DNA of 64,000 nucleotides from Terriglobales bacterium (GCA_038231235.1 JBBRLT010000003.1:10370-74369); one strand, 5' to 3'. Positions 19,680 to 30,008 are shown, numbered from the stretch's first letter. The notes: generated from the sequence alone by a model not told the origin. Program-made: numbers and translations.

Positions 19680-22460
19680 ATGCTGCCCCTGCTATGGAAG
19701 CCAGAGAGCTGGCCGGCGCGCCTGGAAGAACTGGAAGCGCGCACCGGCGATCTGAAGGAAGTACCCCTGCGCCGCGATGTGCGTTCGCTGGGCATGCTGC
19801 TGGGGGAAGTCCTGCGCGAGCAGGCCGGCGAACGGCTGTTCGAGCTGGAAGAGGCGCTGCGGCAACTTTCCATCGACCGGCGTGAGGCGGCGGCCATGGG
19901 TGACGAGGCGCGCGCGACCCCGCTGCTGGAGCGGCAGATGGCGCAGATCAGCGAGCTGGATTTGCCGGATGCCTACCAGCTGACGCGCGCCTTCGCCTAT
20001 TACTTTGAGTTGATCAACCTGGCAGAGACGAACCACCGCAAGCGGCGGCGCATCTCCATGCAGATGAGCGGCGAAGATGCAGTGCAGCGTGGCTCTTTCC
20101 GCGGCACGCTACGCGCCATGCGCCTGGCCGGCATGGATGCGGCTGCGGCGCTCGACTGTATGCGGCGGGTGCACATCACGCCCGTCTTCACGGCGCACCC
20201 TACCGAGGTAGCCCGCCGTTCCGTGCTCTACAAGCGGCGGCGGCTGAGCCGGTTGCTCGAAGAGCTGGACCGTATCCCGCTGCCCGATGCCGAGCTGGCA
20301 CGCCTGCAGGCGGCCGTCGCCGCAGAGATCACTGCGCTATGGCAGACGGACGAGGTGCGTGCCCGGCGGCCGCTGGTGAGCGATGAAGTAAAGATGGGGC
20401 TGGACTACTATCACGCCTCCATCTTCGCGACCGTGCCCGCGCTCTATGCGGAGATCGCTGCTGCCTTCACTGCCGAATATGGCGAGCCCGTGACGCCGAT
20501 CGAAGTGCCCGCGATGCTGAGCTTTGGCTCCTGGATCGGCGGGGACCGCGACGGCAATCCATTCGTTACTCCAGCGGTAACAGAAGAGTCGATCAGTGGA
20601 GCCCGGGAACACATCCTCGCCCATTACCGGGATGAGGTGCAGTCGCTGATCGATCTGCTCACCAGTTCCGTGCACCAGGTGGATATCAGCGCCGATCTGC
20701 GCAAACGAGTGGAGAGCTACATGGCGCAGGCGCCGCCTGCCGTAGCCTCACAGAGCATGGAGCGCCATACGCTGGAGCAGTATCGCCTCTTCCTGCGGTT
20801 GTTGCAGCAGCGGTTGGATGGGGCTGAGTCTCCAGGACGAATGTTGGAGCCGTATCCGGATGCGGACGCCTTCCGCGAGGATCTGCTGCTGCTGCGTGCC
20901 AGCTTGATGGAGAATCGCGGCGAACGTATTGCAGCAGAGTTGATAGATCCCCTGCTGCTGCTGCTGCGTACCTTTGGACTGCATCTGCACACGCTGGATG
21001 TTCGGCAGCATGCGGTGCGGCACAAGCTGACAGTGGAGCAGGTGGCGGCCGCGGCGGGATGTTCTGCCGCGGAGGGACGCCCAGCGGACCCGCTGTCGCC
21101 AGAGTGCCAGGACGTGCTCGACACCATGCGCACGATCGCGCGCCTGCAGCAGGGTCCATCGCGCCAGGCGATCCGGCACTACGTAATCAGCGGCGCAGCC
21201 TCGACGGAGGATGTGCTGCGCGTGGTGGGCCTGGCGCGCATCGCTGGCGTGCAGGTGGAAGGCGGCAATGGCATCGCCGGGCTGATGCCGGTTCCTTTAT
21301 TCGAATCCATCGAGGACTTGCAGCATGCTCCAGAGATCTGCCGCGCGCTGTGGACCTCCGCGGAGTACCGCACGCTGCTGGCCTCGTGGGACAACACGCA
21401 GGAGCTGATGCTGGGCTACTCCGATTCGAACAAAGATGGCGGCATGCTGACCAGCACCTGGGAGATCTACTGCGCGCACCGCGCACTGCACCAAGTGGCC
21501 GCAGAGTGTGGCGTTCACCTGCGGCTGTTCCACGGCCGCGGCGGCACAGTGGGACGCGGAGGCGGCCCTACCCATCGCGCCATCTACGCGCAGCCCTTTG
21601 ACAGCTTCACCGGCCAGTTGCGTATTACCGAGCAGGGCGAAGTCCTCAGCTTCAAATATGCAGATGTGGTGCTGGCAGAGCGCAACCTGGAGCTGATGCT
21701 GGCCGCTTCCCTGGACGCGCTGGCCAGGCCGAATGACCGGCTACGCAGCCGGCAGCCCAGCGGGCGCATGCTCCCCGAGTGGGGCACTGCCATGGACACG
21801 CTGTCGAAGGAGAGCTTCGCGTTCTACCGCCGGCACATCGTCGACGATCCGGAGTTGCTGGAGTACTTCGAGCAGGCAACCCCGGTAGCCGAGCTGGAGA
21901 ATGTTCGGATCGGCTCGCGGCCCTCGCGGCGCAGCGGGCGGCGCAACCTGTCCGACCTGCGCGCCATCCCGTGGGTGTTTGGCTGGACGCAGAGCCGTCA
22001 TCACCTGCCGGCGTGGTTCGGCGTGGGACATGCGCTCGCCCGCTTCTGCGAGCAGGACCTGCCGCTTTTGCGCGCGATGATGACGGGTTTCCCGCTGTTC
22101 ATCGACCTGGTACGAAATGTGGAGGTGGCGCTGGCCAAGTCGGACTTTGGCATCGCCCACCTCTACAGCATGTTGGTGGAGGACGAAGGGCTGCGCGAGC
22201 GTGTCTTCCACACCCTGCGCGACGAGTTCGAGCGGACCACCCGGGCGGTGCTGCTGGTTACCGAGCAGAAGGACCTGCTCGAGTCGAATCCTGTGCTTGC
22301 GCGCTCCATCCGGCTGCGCAACCCTTATGTCGATCCGATGAGCCTGATCCAGGTAGAGCTGCTGCGGCGCAAGCGGGCCGGAGAAGAATCCGACGCATTG
22401 AACCGCGCGCTAGGCGCGACCATCAACGGCATCTCTGCCGGACTGCGCAATACTGGCTGA
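19680..22460 (+). CDS. ppc: Phosphoenolpyruvate carboxylase
   Basis: 926-aa ORF with VFTAHPTE, GYSDSNKDGG, FHGRGGTVGRGGGP and the C-terminal GLRNTG. Confidence 0.92.
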   Translation: MLPLLWKPESWPARLEELEARTGDLKEVPLRRDVRSLGMLLGEVLREQAGERLFELEEALRQLSIDRREAAAMGDEARATPLLERQMAQISELDLPDAYQLTRAFAYYFELINLAETNHRKRRRISMQMSGEDAVQRGSFRGTLRAMRLAGMDAAAALDCMRRVHITPVFTAHPTEVARRSVLYKRRRLSRLLEELDRIPLPDAELARLQAAVAAEITALWQTDEVRARRPLVSDEVKMGLDYYHASIFATVPALYAEIAAAFTAEYGEPVTPIEVPAMLSFGSWIGGDRDGNPFVTPAVTEESISGAREHILAHYRDEVQSLIDLLTSSVHQVDISADLRKRVESYMAQAPPAVASQSMERHTLEQYRLFLRLLQQRLDGAESPGRMLEPYPDADAFREDLLLLRASLMENRGERIAAELIDPLLLLLRTFGLHLHTLDVRQHAVRHKLTVEQVAAAAGCSAAEGRPADPLSPECQDVLDTMRTIARLQQGPSRQAIRHYVISGAASTEDVLRVVGLARIAGVQVEGGNGIAGLMPVPLFESIEDLQHAPEICRALWTSAEYRTLLASWDNTQELMLGYSDSNKDGGMLTSTWEIYCAHRALHQVAAECGVHLRLFHGRGGTVGRGGGPTHRAIYAQPFDSFTGQLRITEQGEVLSFKYADVVLAERNLELMLAASLDALARPNDRLRSRQPSGRMLPEWGTAMDTLSKESFAFYRRHIVDDPELLEYFEQATPVAELENVRIGSRPSRRSGRRNLSDLRAIPWVFGWTQSRHHLPAWFGVGHALARFCEQDLPLLRAMMTGFPLFIDLVRNVEVALAKSDFGIAHLYSMLVEDEGLRERVFHTLRDEFERTTRAVLLVTEQKDLLESNPVLARSIRLRNPYVDPMSLIQVELLRRKRAGEESDALNRALGATINGISAGLRNTG

Positions 22461-22488
22461 ACTTCAGGCCACACAGTGGTGTTCACGC

Positions 22489-23220
22489 TTATGGTTTCAG
22501 AGTGAAGACAAGAAAGTAATCCTGACCATCGGCCTTGGTGAAATCGTAACGGCCACTGAGGCGGTAACCGCTCTGTGCCATCTCCTTGATCAGCACAGCG
22601 GATTCAAGGCCGTGGTCGGCGCCATTGCCCTTCTTGTCGATCACGCCAACCATGGCACCGGGCCGCAGCGCAGGCTTCAGGTTGCGCAGCAATTCCAGCG
22701 GGTGGGCGATCTCGTGATAGCTCTTCAACATCAGCACCGCATCCACGCTGACCGGCGGCAGCTTGGGGTCGTCTTCCGTGCCCGCAACAGCTTTGACATC
22801 GGAAAGATGTTCACGCTGGGCACGCTGCTCGATTGAGACGATCGCTTTGGGATTGATGTCCTCCGCGTACACTGTGCCACCGGGAGCAACGCGCTTAGCG
22901 GCGCGCACAGTGAACCACCCGGAGCCTGCGCCAATGTCTGCCACCGACTTGCCAGGCTGGATGCCGAGCAGGTCCATCACGCGATTGATCTGCAGCCGCT
23001 CATCCCGCCCAGCGCTTTCGAAGATGGAGAGATCGCCGGTATAGGGATCGCTGGTTGGCCGTTGCTGGGCCTGCGGATGCGTGGCCGCCTGTGCGTACAG
23101 AATTGGTGTGAAGGGAAGTGGCTTAGTCGGCGTCAGCAGAAGCAGGGGCAGGAAGAAGTGCAATGCACGCAATGCGGAGGGCATAGCAATAGCTTCTGCC
23201 CTGAGGCCATCGCATGACAA
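22489..23220 (-). CDS. Class I SAM-dependent methyltransferase with N-terminal signal/anchor
   Basis: 243-aa ORF. Hydrophobic N-terminus ALHFFLPLLLLTP. SAM-binding motif I VADIGAGSGWFT, followed by VYAEDINP. Confidence 0.75.
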   Translation of the reverse strand: MSCDGLRAEAIAMPSALRALHFFLPLLLLTPTKPLPFTPILYAQAATHPQAQQRPTSDPYTGDLSIFESAGRDERLQINRVMDLLGIQPGKSVADIGAGSGWFTVRAAKRVAPGGTVYAEDINPKAIVSIEQRAQREHLSDVKAVAGTEDDPKLPPVSVDAVLMLKSYHEIAHPLELLRNLKPALRPGAMVGVIDKKGNGADHGLESAVLIKEMAQSGYRLSGRYDFTKADGQDYFLVFTLKP

Positions 23221-23229
23221 GCTGCCGGG

Positions 23230-24180
23230 TCAGTAGCTTTCGGTTCGCAGGCTAATCAGCGCTGGTGGTTGAACACGGGTGAGCACGACCGCAGAGGCAA
23301 CCGGCTGACCGGCCTGATCGGCACGCAGACGCTTGGCAGCCTGCAGTGCAACATCCGCTGCCTCGAAGAGCACCTCGCCCGACTCGCCGTCGCGCGGGTA
23401 GCAACTGATGCCCACGCTCATGGTGACGTGCTGTGCATCTCCATCCAGCGTCAGCAGGGCTGCCTCACGAACTGCGGCGCGCAGGTCGCGTACACGCGAT
23501 TCCGCGATATCGGGGGAAAGCCCAGGGAAGAAGAGCGCGAACTCATCGCTACCCAGCCGGGCCAACAAGTCGCCTTCGCGCACGGTCAGGCGGAAGGAAT
23601 CGGCGATGGAACGCAGCAGGCGATTGGCGTCCACCAGACCGGCGGTGCGATTCAGTTCGCCGAATCGATCAACGTCGCAAAGGACGAGGACGGCCGTCTG
23701 TCCTGCGGCGTCGCAGCGGTCGAGCCGCGCGGTGAAGCGGGAGAAGAAGCATTCGGGCGCGAGCAGACCGGTCAGCAGATCGTGCTCCATGCCTTCGCCG
23801 GCAAGCTGCTCTGCGCGAGTGTCGCTGGTTGGCGGCTCGGCGACGGTGCTGATCTGCAAGGCCACTAATTCTGGGGCGTCGGATTCAGAGAGCGCTACAG
23901 CCAGCACTGGCGGCGCGGTAGCTGGCAGATCAATGACCGGTTCGGGCAAGGCGACTGCTGCCAGCGCTTGCGGCGGAGCCAGTTGTCGTGGAATCTCAGC
24001 GGATTTAACCTCCACTAGCGGCCTCGACCAATAGATGACTGCCGAGGCGCAGGCAACTGCGACCATGGCCAACAGGCTGGGCAACGCGGGCCATCCCTGC
24101 ATGCCCGCGAGGGCGGCGAATGCAGCTCCCAGGATCGGAAGCAATGCGAGCAGGCTGCGCGTGACGATGGTTCTTGGCAT
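23230..24180 (-). CDS. Membrane GGDEF-domain protein with variant GSDEF active-site motif
   Basis: Start placed at the in-frame ATG at 24180 (MPRTIVTRSLLALLPILGAAF...). Two N-terminal TM segments. GGDEF domain with DLLTGLL, LCDVDRFGELN and RLGSDEFALFF. Confidence 0.75.
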   Translation of the reverse strand: MPRTIVTRSLLALLPILGAAFAALAGMQGWPALPSLLAMVAVACASAVIYWSRPLVEVKSAEIPRQLAPPQALAAVALPEPVIDLPATAPPVLAVALSESDAPELVALQISTVAEPPTSDTRAEQLAGEGMEHDLLTGLLAPECFFSRFTARLDRCDAAGQTAVLVLCDVDRFGELNRTAGLVDANRLLRSIADSFRLTVREGDLLARLGSDEFALFFPGLSPDIAESRVRDLRAAVREAALLTLDGDAQHVTMSVGISCYPRDGESGEVLFEAADVALQAAKRLRADQAGQPVASAVVLTRVQPPALISLRTESY

Positions 24181-24426
24181 AGGCGGACACCGTGCGATTC
24201 TGGAGCCCGCGGCGGGGGCCCGCCGACTCAGCTTGAGCATAGCCCTGCATGCGCGTATAGGAGCCTCACCTTCTGTGACAACCGCTACAACTTTGAGGGG
24301 ACCCAGCAATGATTGAGGCTTGATCGCGCCAAGCCTTGTTGGAGGGAGCGGCCCCGAACTGCGTGATGCCCAGCGACACTCTTGTATCCTCGACTGGTGA
24401 TGATTTGTGGCATTCAGCGGGGCGCA

Positions 24427-25752
24427 ATGGGCGCCCTGATCGCGTTTCTGGCCAGCGCTGTTGCGGCCAGCCTCCTGGTCTCAACCTCTCCGGTGATTGC
24501 GGCAGCGAAGAAGTCTCCTAATGGCGGAGCGGCGTCGGACTACGCGCACGTCTCGCACATTCTCGAGACGCAATGCAGCAGCTGCCATAGCCCGCAGGGT
24601 GGCGCGCCTTTCAACCTGTTGACCTACGACGACGCGAAACAATGGGGCGGCCAGATTCTGGACGTAACCCAGAGCCGCTATATGCCACCGTGGTTGCCCG
24701 CGCCCGGCAAGGGCGACTTTGCTGGAGCTCGCCGGCTCTCCGATGCAGACCTGGCGGCGATCCGCGGCTGGGTGGGTGCGGGGATGCCCCCGGGGCCAGC
24801 CTCATCAGCTTCAGCAAAACCGGCAGCGTCCGAAGCGGAGTGGGCGCTGGGAAAACCGGATGCAGTGCTGACGCTGGCGGCGCTGGTGAAGCTGCCGGGG
24901 AGCGGCCCGGATGTCTTCACCAGTCTGGTCGTGCCCATAGAGATTGAAGAGCCGCGAGTGCTGCGCGCGATCCAGATTCGGCCCAGCGACCCGCAGGCAG
25001 TACGCAGTGTGTGGCTAACCCTTGATGAGAGTGGCCAGGTGCAGAATACAGAGGGATGGCAGCAGGGAATCGCTGGCATGGAGCCGCCCCCCGCAGCGGA
25101 CAGCAGCACGGCCGGATTGATGTTCTGGGCTTCGGGATCGCGGGCCATCCAGCCGCGCACAGGGGAGCGGTGGGCGGTGCGGCCGGGCAGCGACCTGGTG
25201 TTGACCACACACCTGAAGACCACCGGGCGCAAGCAGACGCTGCAGATACAGATTGGGCTCTACTACGCGACCGCGACCAGTCCGGCGGGCACCGCCCTTG
25301 TACTCCAGCTTCAGCACAACGGCGCGATCGAGATAGCTGCCGGTGCCGCACGCACGCAACTGGAAGACACCTACACCCTGCCGCAGGCGGCTGCTGTAAC
25401 GGCAATCTATCCGCGCGCCCATTTCCTGGCGCGCAGTCTGGATGCCTATGCAACCACGCCAGCGGGCAAGCAGGTGCCGCTGCTGTCGATTCCCAAGTGG
25501 GATGTGGATTGGCTGGAGGTATACAGCTATCGCGCGCCGATTCAGTTGCCCGCAGGCTCCATCCTGCACTGGTGGTATGTGTATGACAACTCAGCGGAGA
25601 ATCCGCATAATCCAAGCGACCCGCCGATCGCAGTGCATAGCGGCAGCGGGCCCCGGGAGGAGGAAGCCGGCCTGATGTTGGAGTTGTTGCCACCAGCCGG
25701 TGCAGAGGCTGCGGCGTGGCGCAAGAGGATGACGCCCGTGCCAGCTAAGTGA
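24427..25752 (+). CDS. Secreted protein with one CxxCH heme-c motif and a C-terminal beta-rich domain (possibly PHM/DBH-like)
   Basis: Signal-like MGALIAFLASAVAASLLVSTSPVIAAA. CSSCH motif followed by YMPPW. C-terminal IPKWDVDWLEVYSY...YVYDNSAENPHNPSDPP resembles, from memory, bacterial monooxygenase-like domains. The function is not established. Confidence 0.5.
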   Translation: MGALIAFLASAVAASLLVSTSPVIAAAKKSPNGGAASDYAHVSHILETQCSSCHSPQGGAPFNLLTYDDAKQWGGQILDVTQSRYMPPWLPAPGKGDFAGARRLSDADLAAIRGWVGAGMPPGPASSASAKPAASEAEWALGKPDAVLTLAALVKLPGSGPDVFTSLVVPIEIEEPRVLRAIQIRPSDPQAVRSVWLTLDESGQVQNTEGWQQGIAGMEPPPAADSSTAGLMFWASGSRAIQPRTGERWAVRPGSDLVLTTHLKTTGRKQTLQIQIGLYYATATSPAGTALVLQLQHNGAIEIAAGAARTQLEDTYTLPQAAAVTAIYPRAHFLARSLDAYATTPAGKQVPLLSIPKWDVDWLEVYSYRAPIQLPAGSILHWWYVYDNSAENPHNPSDPPIAVHSGSGPREEEAGLMLELLPPAGAEAAAWRKRMTPVPAK

Positions 25753-27553
25753 CCTTGGCTTCCAGCTCTGCCCAGCGCGCGTAAAGCGCATCGAGCGCTG
25801 CCTGCGCGGAGTCGAACTCCAGCATCGCCTGCTGCAGCCGAGCGGCGTCGGTAGCGATGGCTGGATCTTCCACCAGCGCATGCGCCTTCTGCCATGCTTC
25901 GTCCGCGGCAGCCACACGCTCCTCACTGCCGTCGTACTCGCGAGCTTCGAGGTAGGAGAGCTTGCGTCGCGAGTTGCCGTTCGTGCTGGTTGCCGGTGAA
26001 GTTGACGCCGCTGGACGTTCAGCCTGCAGCCGCTCCCGCTGCTGCTCATCGCGCCAGGTTTCCCACTGGCTGTAGTCGGCGAACTGGCCCGCGCCGCCTG
26101 CGCCGTCAAGCCCCAGCACTACGGTCGAGACGCGATCGAGCAGATAGCGGTCATGGGTGACCAATACCAATGCGCCGCGAAACTCCAGCAGGCTCTCTTC
26201 GAGAATCTCCAGGGTCGGGATGTCAAGGTCGTTGGTGGGCTCGTCCAGCAGCAGCAGATCGGCGGGCTCAAGCATCAGCCGCGCAATCAGCACGCGGGCA
26301 CGTTCTCCACCAGAGAGGTTAGCGACCGGCTGGTTGAGTTGTTCGCCAGTGAACAGGAAGCGCGACGCCCAGGAGGCGACGTGCACCACGCGGTCCTGGT
26401 AGATGACCGAGTCGCTATCCGGTGCTAGAGCACGTCGCAGTGTTAGTGACGTATCCAGGTGCCGGTTTTGGTCGAAGTAGACGATGCGCAACTGCCGTGC
26501 TCGTTCGATGGTGCCGCTGGTCGGCTCGATCTCGCCGCGCAACAGCCGCAGCAGGGTTGTCTTGCCGCTTCCGTTCTGGCCGACCAGGCCGACGCGGGTG
26601 CCAGCGGTCAGCGGGAAGGTCAGGTTCCGAAACAGTGTGCGGTCGCCGATGGCGTATGTCAGTTCATCCAGCACGACGACCCGCTTGGTCTCGCGACCGC
26701 TCTCGCTGAACTCGATCGAAGCACTCGAAGTGCGATTGCGCGTAGATACATCCGCGAGTTCTGCAATCAGCGAGTTCGCATTGTCGATCCGCGCCTTGGC
26801 TTTGGTAGCGCGCGCCTTGGGGCCGCGGCGCAGCCATTCGATCTCGGTACGCACGCGATTCTCCAGCGACTCCTGGCGCCGCTGCTGGGCTTCAAGGAAG
26901 GCCTCCTTCTCCTCCAGGAAGCGGCTGTAGTTGCCGCGCGTGCGCAGGATGCCATCCGGGTACGTAGGGTTGATCTCGGCGATCTCGAGCGCGACGGCTT
27001 CGAGGAAGTAGCGGTCGTGGCTGATAACGACAGACGCGAAGGAAGCACCGGTCAGCAGGCCTTCCAGCCACTCAATGCCGCCCAGGTCGAGGTGATTGGT
27101 GGGCTCGTCCAGCAGCAGGATATCCGGCGCTGTTGAGAGCGCCTGCGCGATTCCAAGCCTCTTGCGCCAGCCGCCAGAGAGTTTCACCGCTTCGGTAGTG
27201 AAGTCGACAAAGCCAGCGCGGCCCAGCGTCTCGCGGATGTTGCGGTCCCACTCCGCCGCGGGCACCATCGCATCGCGCATGGAGCCTTCCATCACCGACC
27301 AGACGGTCTCCTCCGTTTTGTATTCCGACACCTGTGCGACGTAGGCGATGCGTGTCCGCTTGCGCGCGGCCAACTCACCCGCGTCGGGGTCAATTTCGCC
27401 GGCAAGGATCTTCAGCAGCGTCGACTTGCCCGCACCGTTGGGGCCGATGAGACCGATGCGCGCACCCTCCTCAATGGTGAAGGAGAGGTCGCGGAAGAGC
27501 GGCCGTGGACCGAAGGCCTTGGTCAGGCCCTGCGCATTGAGAAGTGGTGGCAT
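25745..27553 (-). CDS. ABC-F family ATPase (Uup-like, with C-terminal coiled coil)
   Basis: Two ABC cassettes: Walker A GPNGAGKST and GQNGSGKTT, signatures LSGGWRKR and LSGGERAR. No TM domain. Glu/Arg-rich C-terminal helix. Start at ATG 27553 (MPPLLNAQGL...). Confidence 0.85.
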   Translation of the reverse strand: MPPLLNAQGLTKAFGPRPLFRDLSFTIEEGARIGLIGPNGAGKSTLLKILAGEIDPDAGELAARKRTRIAYVAQVSEYKTEETVWSVMEGSMRDAMVPAAEWDRNIRETLGRAGFVDFTTEAVKLSGGWRKRLGIAQALSTAPDILLLDEPTNHLDLGGIEWLEGLLTGASFASVVISHDRYFLEAVALEIAEINPTYPDGILRTRGNYSRFLEEKEAFLEAQQRRQESLENRVRTEIEWLRRGPKARATKAKARIDNANSLIAELADVSTRNRTSSASIEFSESGRETKRVVVLDELTYAIGDRTLFRNLTFPLTAGTRVGLVGQNGSGKTTLLRLLRGEIEPTSGTIERARQLRIVYFDQNRHLDTSLTLRRALAPDSDSVIYQDRVVHVASWASRFLFTGEQLNQPVANLSGGERARVLIARLMLEPADLLLLDEPTNDLDIPTLEILEESLLEFRGALVLVTHDRYLLDRVSTVVLGLDGAGGAGQFADYSQWETWRDEQQRERLQAERPAASTSPATSTNGNSRRKLSYLEAREYDGSEERVAAADEAWQKAHALVEDPAIATDAARLQQAMLEFDSAQAALDALYARWAELEAKVT

Positions 27554-27716
27554 AGGGTCGAAGTCGATTACAGAGAGCGACAGACAATAACAGACAACGG
27601 CAGAAGTTGAGTGGCACACAGGGCGGCAGCTGATCGCGCGGAACTGATCTACTTCATTTCTGCAGTCGTCTGCCGTTCTCTGCCTTCGCCTGCAGTTGTC
27701 ATACGGCGGTGGCGCA

Positions 27717-29333
27717 CTAGCGCGCTGTCATAGCCGACGTCGCAGAAAGGTACTCCTGATACGGCCCCTTGAAGTCCTCGATCGTACTGCCGTCGAAGTG
27801 CCAGATGCGCGTCGCGACCTCGTCGATCAGGTCGTGATCGTGGGTTACCAGCAGTACGGTTCCCTCGAACTTCTGCAGCGCGATGTTCAGCGCGTTGATC
27901 GATTCGAGGTCAAGATGGTTGGTGGGCTCGTCGAAGGCCAGCACGTTCGGCTTCTGCATCATCAGCCGGCAGAAGATGAGGCGCGCTGCTTCGCCGCCGG
28001 AGAGCGCATCGGTTGGCTTCAATCCCTCTTCGCCGCGGAAGAGCATCTGGCCCAGGATGCCGCGAATATCTTCCTTGGTCGCCTGCGGATCGAAGTTGTG
28101 CAGCCACTCTGCAACGGTGGTGCCCTTGTCGATGATGCCCGTCACATCCTGCGGGAAGTAGCCGACCTGCGCCTCGTGGCCCCACTTGATGGCGCCGCTG
28201 TCAGTACGGAAGCCCTTCTCGACCAGATCGGGCAGGCCCGCCAGAAGCGACTTCAGCAATGTGGTCTTGCCCAGCCCGTTGCGGCCCATCAGGCAGATCT
28301 TTTCGCCTCGCATCACCTGCGCGGTGAAGTCCTTCACCACTGGCTGATCTTCGTAGCCCTTGCGGAGGCCTTCGATTTCCAGCAGGTGCTTGCCCGAGGG
28401 GCGCAGCATGTCGAAGCGGATGAAGGGGCGCGCGATGTTGGAGCGAGCGAGCTCTGTCGTCTGCAGGCGCTCGACTTCCTTCTTGCGTGAGGTCACCTGG
28501 CTGGAGCGAGTGCCGGCGGAGAAGCGCGCGATGAACTCGTTCAACTGGTCGATCTTCTTCTCGCGCTGCTCGTTCTGCGACTCCAGCCGGGAGCGGATCT
28601 GCGTCTTGGCCACCACCATGTCGTCGTACCCACCGGTATAGGTAATGATGGTCTGGTAGTCGATATCTGCGATGTGGGTGCAGACGCTGTTCAGGAAGTG
28701 GCGGTCGTGCGAGATGGTGATCAGGGTGCCCTCGAAGTGCTCGAGGAAGTCCTGCAGCCAGTGGATGGAGTCAAGGTCAAGGTAGTTGGTCGGCTCGTCC
28801 AGCAGCAGCGCCTGCGGCTTGCCAAACAGTGCCTGCGCCAGCAGCACGCGCACCTTCTGGCCGCCCTGCAGTTCGCCCATCTTGCGCTCGTGCACGTCGT
28901 CGTGGATGTCGAGACCCTGCAGCAAAATGGCGGCATCGCTCTCCGCGGTGTAGCCGTCTTCTTCGCCGACGATGCCTTCGAGCTCGCCCAGCCGCATGCC
29001 GTCCGCGTCGGACATCTCGGGCTTGGAGTAGAGGCTCTCGCGCTCTTCCAGCGCCGCCCACAGTCCTTTGTTGCCCATGATGACGGTGTCGATGACCCGG
29101 TAGGCGTCGAACGCGTACTGGTCCTGGCGCAGCACGGAGATCTTCCGCGGGCGCACGACGTTGCCCTTCTGCGCATCGATGTCGCCAGCCAGCACCTTCA
29201 TGAAGGTGGACTTGCCCGAACCATTGGGCCCGGTCAGGCCATAGCGGCGGCCGGAGATGAAATTGGTGGATACGTCCTCAAACAGGACCTTCGCGCCATA
29301 GCGCATGCTCACATTGCTTACAGAAATCATCAC
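27717..29333 (-). CDS. ABC-F family ATPase (YbiT-like)
   Basis: 538-aa ORF beginning MMISVSNVSMRYGAKVLFEDVS. Walker A GPNGSGKST and GRNGLGKTT. Signatures LQGGQKVR and LSGGEAAR. No TM domain. Confidence 0.85.
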   Translation of the reverse strand: MMISVSNVSMRYGAKVLFEDVSTNFISGRRYGLTGPNGSGKSTFMKVLAGDIDAQKGNVVRPRKISVLRQDQYAFDAYRVIDTVIMGNKGLWAALEERESLYSKPEMSDADGMRLGELEGIVGEEDGYTAESDAAILLQGLDIHDDVHERKMGELQGGQKVRVLLAQALFGKPQALLLDEPTNYLDLDSIHWLQDFLEHFEGTLITISHDRHFLNSVCTHIADIDYQTIITYTGGYDDMVVAKTQIRSRLESQNEQREKKIDQLNEFIARFSAGTRSSQVTSRKKEVERLQTTELARSNIARPFIRFDMLRPSGKHLLEIEGLRKGYEDQPVVKDFTAQVMRGEKICLMGRNGLGKTTLLKSLLAGLPDLVEKGFRTDSGAIKWGHEAQVGYFPQDVTGIIDKGTTVAEWLHNFDPQATKEDIRGILGQMLFRGEEGLKPTDALSGGEAARLIFCRLMMQKPNVLAFDEPTNHLDLESINALNIALQKFEGTVLLVTHDHDLIDEVATRIWHFDGSTIEDFKGPYQEYLSATSAMTAR

Positions 29334-29428
29334 TCGCTCTCAACCTTTATTGTCGCAGAAGATGCGGCAAAGCGCATGAATAGCGCGTTAGTCGAGCGCG
29401 GCGAATAGGCGACAGCTTGGGACCAGCT

Positions 29429-29956
29429 CTAAGTTCTTGGCAGGAGTCGTTCGAATAGCGGCGCTAGTTCCACCCGGACGGGCGTCCCTTCCACCGTGAG
29501 CACGCCAGTTCGCTGCCAATCCCGCATGGGCCAGCCGGAGCACTGGTATCCCTGCCGAGCTGCGGGGTCAATAACCCAGACCGTGTCGACGCCCATTTTC
29601 AAATAGTCGACGATCTTCTCTTCGACTCTTCCGAAACGATCCTCTGAGGACAGGATCTCAATACAAAGCAGTGGAGCATGGCGAATGATCTGTTCCAGCT
29701 TCTGATCACCTCGCAAAACCATCACGTCCGGCACACGAAAACGTTGCGAAGAGACCTGCAGGCGAAGTTCTGGACGGACGACGATGTTCCACAATGCAGC
29801 CTTCGTCTCGAAAATAAACGCCAGATAATGCTGCAGTGTTGTGTGATCGAATTCGCCCAAATTCCGCTCCTGAACCTCGCCGTCTACGTAGTCGCAGTCG
29901 GGGCTGTAGCTGGAACGCAGATATTCATCAACGGAGATCAGAGTGCCCGTAGCCAA
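29429..29956 (-). CDS. Uma2-family (DUF820) putative endonuclease
   Basis: 175-aa ORF. Pattern SVDEYL...YVDGEV...P at the N-terminus and PD-(D/E)xK-like PDVMV...IEILS core, typical of Uma2/DUF820 proteins (from memory). Confidence 0.65.
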   Translation of the reverse strand: MATGTLISVDEYLRSSYSPDCDYVDGEVQERNLGEFDHTTLQHYLAFIFETKAALWNIVVRPELRLQVSSQRFRVPDVMVLRGDQKLEQIIRHAPLLCIEILSSEDRFGRVEEKIVDYLKMGVDTVWVIDPAARQGYQCSGWPMRDWQRTGVLTVEGTPVRVELAPLFERLLPRT

Positions 29957-30008
29957 AGGGAGCCTCCTCGCAGCGAGGTTGACACTAACGTAGCATGTGC
30001 GCCAAGAC

